From positions 1 to 39,174 of the forward strand of contig JALTLO010000153.1 in NCBI GenBank assembly GCA_027001995.1: a stretch of DNA of 39,174 nucleotides. Direction: 5' to 3'. Under the pieces are notes generated by a model. That model worked only from the letters and a program-made list of their open reading frames with translations. It was not told the DNA's origin and searched no databases. Position 1 is the stretch's first letter; each line of letters begins with the position of its first letter. Positions 36,064 to 39,174 of the stretch are shown here, in pieces. A program made the position numbers and the translations under genes. The DNA comes from Planctomycetota bacterium. Lineage in GTDB: Bacteria; Planctomycetota; GCA-002687715; DRQF01.

Positions 36064-36870
36064 CTATTTACTTCCGACGATATAGGCCAACCACCCTTCT
36101 TGATTCTCAACGACTTTGGCAGGTTCGTAAACCCCGGTTTCTTCACCATCGTCGTCTTCCAATTCCCAGTAGACCGTCGCGTCCTTAAACCCAACTTCCT
36201 CCAAGGCCTCAACCACTTCTTGAGGCGTCCACAAGCGCCAATCATAAGTAAAGGCCCGGCTCATCTTGGGGCCCTTGGCGAATTCAAAATGGATATGGTT
36301 GAGCACAGTATTGTCGATGGGGTTGTATGCCGCTTGGTCCCAAACGTAGGTGAAACCTTCCTCGATCGCGCGGCGTTCTTCTAAGACAACTTGAGCTTCC
36401 GAGCCGCCATAAATGTCGAGGACGAAAATGCCATCGTCAGCGAGAGACTTGAGAACACATTCAAAGTACTTCAACAATTCTTTACGTTTCTTGAATATGA
36501 AATAGCTGAAGTTCATGGCGGCACAAATGTCGAATTTCTTACGCGACACGCTCACGACATTTTTTTCTTCTAAGCTGACTCGCTTGGCATCTTCGCCTAA
36601 GGGGTCAATATTGTGCTCTTGGCCGTAAGCAAGAACTTCCGTGTCTAAGTCGTAGCCAACCGCCGTTCGCTTCTTATCCTTCTTAACCCATTCTGCTGCT
36701 GATAAAGCCGTGCCGCAGAAATCTTCTCGCAAGGTGAGAGCTTGCCGTCCCCGGAGTTTCATGAACGTTTCGCTCAAGAACTCCTCCTCCTGTTCAACGT
36801 TTTGCACACTGAGTTGATAAAGGACATGGCGGTTGCTTTTCTTCGCAGACCAATAACTCTTACGGGCCAT
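36064..36870 (-). CDS. Class I SAM-dependent methyltransferase, uncharacterised family
   Basis: LYQ.SVQ, LREDFCGTA (motif I variant), G.DLD, NFSY, GIFVLD, Y.WDQ and FTYDWRLW. Start is ATG 36870, 1 nt after the folA stop. Confidence 0.85.
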   Translation of the reverse strand: MARKSYWSAKKSNRHVLYQLSVQNVEQEEEFLSETFMKLRGRQALTLREDFCGTALSAAEWVKKDKKRTAVGYDLDTEVLAYGQEHNIDPLGEDAKRVSLEEKNVVSVSRKKFDICAAMNFSYFIFKKRKELLKYFECVLKSLADDGIFVLDIYGGSEAQVVLEERRAIEEGFTYVWDQAAYNPIDNTVLNHIHFEFAKGPKMSRAFTYDWRLWTPQEVVEALEEVGFKDATVYWELEDDDGEETGVYEPAKVVENQEGWLAYIVGSK

Positions 36871-36871
36871 A

Positions 36872-37375
36872 TTAGCGCTTTCGTTCCAAGGTGAGAAAAC
36901 TGTAGTCGTAGGCATTCTTGTCGTCAGCCTCGTGACGTTCACGGGCGACCTCTTCCCAATCGTTGAGATCAAAGAACGGAAAGTGAGTATCACCTGTGAG
37001 CTCCCCATGAACGCGGGTGAGGTAAAGGCGATCAGCTTTGGGCAAGAAAGCTCGATAAATGGTTGACCCACCGATGATCATCACTTCAGGGACAACCCCA
37101 CAGGCCTCAATGGCCTGGGTGAGATCCGAAACAACCATGGCACCTTCTGCTTTGAACTCAGGATTTGAAGTCACGACAATATTGAGGCGTTGAGGAAGAG
37201 GTCGGCCAATCGATTCCCAAGTTTTGCGCCCCATGATGATCGGCTTGCCAATCGTCAGACTCTTGAAGTGTTTGAGGTCAGCGGAAAGACGCCATGGCAA
37301 ATCTCCCTCACGTCCAATGAGGTTGTTTTCGTCCATGGCGACAATAAGAGATAGGCGAGTGGGTGGTTGGCTCAT
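36872..37375 (-). CDS. folA: Dihydrofolate reductase
   Basis: [45 protein letters not shown] and GDTHFP. Confidence 0.97.
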   Translation of the reverse strand: MSQPPTRLSLIVAMDENNLIGREGDLPWRLSADLKHFKSLTIGKPIIMGRKTWESIGRPLPQRLNIVVTSNPEFKAEGAMVVSDLTQAIEACGVVPEVMIIGGSTIYRAFLPKADRLYLTRVHGELTGDTHFPFFDLNDWEEVARERHEADDKNAYDYSFLTLERKR

Positions 37376-38166
37376 ACGGCGATAGGGGCTTTGATTCCCG
37401 GGTGACTCTGATAGTCGACGATCTTGATATCATCGAAGGTAAATTGATCTATGTCGGTAATGGACGGATTGAGCTCTAATCTTGGCAAGGCCATGGGCTT
37501 TCGGCTCAATTGTAGGTCTGCTTGTTCCATGTGATTATTGTAGAGATGAACATCACCAAATGTATGAACGAAATCTCCGACTTCCAAATCGGTTACCTGA
37601 GCAATCATGTGAGTGAGGAGAGCGTAGGAGGCGATGTTGAATGGCACTCCCAAGAATACGTCTGCAGATCTTTGATAGAGCTGGCAGGAAAGCTTGCCGT
37701 CGGCCACGTAGAATTGAAACAAAGCATGGCAAGGTTGTAGAGCCATGTCTGCCAATTGGCCAACATTCCAGGCGCTCACCAAAATGCGACGGCTATCCGG
37801 TACGGTTTTCAGCAGATGGATGGCTTCTTTTATTTGATCAATCGTTTCACCATTAGGGGCCAGCCAATGGCGCCACTGAGCACCGTAGACCGGGCCTAAG
37901 TCGCCATTTTCATCGGCCCAAGCGTCCCAGATTTTCACTCCATGCTGCTTCAGGTAAGCAATATTGGTGTCGCCTTTGAGAAACCAGAGCAACTCATGAA
38001 TGATGCTCTTCATGTGGAGCTTCTTGGTTGTCACCGCTGGAAAGCCCGCGCTGAGATCAAAACGAAGCTGATGACCAAAGACACTCATGGTCCCTGTACC
38101 GGTGCGGTCGCCCTTTTGGACACCTTCGTCTTTGATTCTTGCGAGCAATTCCAAGTATGGCAGCAT
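37372..38166 (-). CDS. thyA: Thymidylate synthase
   Basis: DRTGTGT, ELLWFL.GDTN, LGPVYG.QWR, SRR, PCH and [21 protein letters not shown] 38166 with AAGGA RBS. Confidence 0.98.
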   Translation of the reverse strand: MLPYLELLARIKDEGVQKGDRTGTGTMSVFGHQLRFDLSAGFPAVTTKKLHMKSIIHELLWFLKGDTNIAYLKQHGVKIWDAWADENGDLGPVYGAQWRHWLAPNGETIDQIKEAIHLLKTVPDSRRILVSAWNVGQLADMALQPCHALFQFYVADGKLSCQLYQRSADVFLGVPFNIASYALLTHMIAQVTDLEVGDFVHTFGDVHLYNNHMEQADLQLSRKPMALPRLELNPSITDIDQFTFDDIKIVDYQSHPGIKAPIAV

Positions 38167-38389
38167 GGGTCGTTTCCTTCTGGTTGGCAGAGAGTAACGA
38201 ACCCTGGGGACTTGCATCTCTGCCCCGCGCACCAGGATCTCCAGACTGGTCGCGAGATTCACCCAATCAGCATAAGCTTCACAAAGCAAACGACTTACAG
38301 AGCAACACATGGAAGGTGTTGAGGTTGATTCCGGAGGCGAAAGTCGGTAGATTGGGCCAGACCATCCCTACCAGCAATGAGATCAAAGC

Positions 38390-39174
38390 ATGCCTAAGCA
38401 GGAACTCGAATCTGCATCCGCCCGGGCTTCAGAGCCAACAGACGAAGAATTGATGAACGCCTATCGGGTGGCTTCCCGGTGTCGGGCCACCGAAGAGTAC
38501 ATTGTACGCTTGGTAAACAAGGGCGAAGTCAAATTTGCAATCTGGGGACCTGGTGAAGAGATCCACGGCACAGCCACAGCTTTGGCACTGTCCCGCTTTG
38601 TCTCTCCCGACAACTTCGGCCTCATTCCCCACTACCGTTCCGGGGCTTTGTGTGCCATGTGGTGCGAACTGAACAATCGTGAGCACTTCACCCGTGACGT
38701 CTTGCGCCAGCAATTCTCGAAAGACACGGATGTCATGAGCCGAGGTCGGCAGATGGTTTACCATCTGCACATGCCGGAGGTCGGGATTCTTCCGGTTCAA
38801 AGCCCTGTGGGAATGCAATTGGGCAAGGCCGCAGGCTATGGCATGGGTTTCCGATTCAAGAACATCAAAGATGGCATCACCATGGGTGTCATTGGCGACG
38901 GTACATCCGCAGAAGGTGATCTTCATGATGCCATGATGGCCTGTTCTGTCTGGCAGTTGCCTACCATCATCATGATTACCGACAATGGCATCGCGATTTC
39001 GACCACCAAGGAGGAAGGGCGAGGCATCAAAGACTTCGCCTCCTATGCCGAAGGATTCCAGATCAAGCATTTCAGCTGCGATGGCCGAGATTTCTGGGAC
39101 ACCTACAAAACCACCTATGAAGCTGCCCGCTACGTCTCAGAAGAACAGAAACCTGTTCTCTTCCACGTCAAACA
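38390..39174 (+). CDS. TPP-dependent 2-oxoacid dehydrogenase E1 alpha-like subunit, 3'-truncated (absent from the ORF track)
   Basis: Manual translation: MPKQELES...KFAIWGPGEEIHG...HYRS...GRQM..H...QSPVGMQLGKAAG...GDGTSAEGDLHDAM...DNGIAIS (GDG...N TPP motif). Confidence 0.92.
   Translation, partial: MPKQELESASARASEPTDEELMNAYRVASRCRATEEYIVRLVNKGEVKFAIWGPGEEIHGTATALALSRFVSPDNFGLIPHYRSGALCAMWCELNNREHFTRDVLRQQFSKDTDVMSRGRQMVYHLHMPEVGILPVQSPVGMQLGKAAGYGMGFRFKNIKDGITMGVIGDGTSAEGDLHDAMMACSVWQLPTIIMITDNGIAISTTKEEGRGIKDFASYAEGFQIKHFSCDGRDFWDTYKTTYEAARYVSEEQKPVLFHVK

Noticed and set aside
36871..37071. Long N-terminal extensions in the ORF track (also 10931-11089, 21660-21758, 23261-23356, 38167-38310, 2534-2695)
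   Set aside because: They are open-frame run-ons into neighbouring genes or leaders. Internal ATGs with stop/start coupling or an RBS match the family N-termini.
1..39174. CRISPR array, IS element, rRNA/tRNA or anti-phage defence genes
   Set aside because: No regularly spaced repeats, transposase/integrase motifs or structural RNA signatures were seen by eye.

Overview
A 39 kb, gene-dense bacterial chromosomal segment of moderate GC. A large carboxypeptidase-regulatory-like protein, a sulfatase-like protein and GT-C membrane proteins suggest a PVC/Planctomycetota-like organism; this is an inference. The main content is surface-glycan machinery split into four blocks. (i) A partial GT4, an ArnA-C-terminus-like SDR, a NodB deacetylase and two small paralogous membrane proteins. 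(ii) A tightly coupled minus-strand operon for a CDP-3-C-methyl-6-deoxyhexose (reductase, C-methyltransferase, RfbF, RfbG/YfnG-like dehydratase, GT2, FAD oxidoreductase), divergent from a GT-C and a polyprenol-P glycosyltransferase. (iii) A small membrane protein, a GMC oxidoreductase and a second GT-C. (iv) An isolated NAD(P)-binding epimerase-like gene. Between these lie an S41 peptidase, a moaA-rhodanese-desaturase operon, AlkD, a GGDEF cyclase, a Thr-type sulfatase-like protein, an EEP hydrolase, an amidase, an ABC-2 exporter, thyA-folA-methyltransferase and a partial TPP-dependent E1 subunit. I saw no rRNA, tRNA, CRISPR array, transposase or integrase. All protein calls come from motifs recognised by eye, not from database searches.
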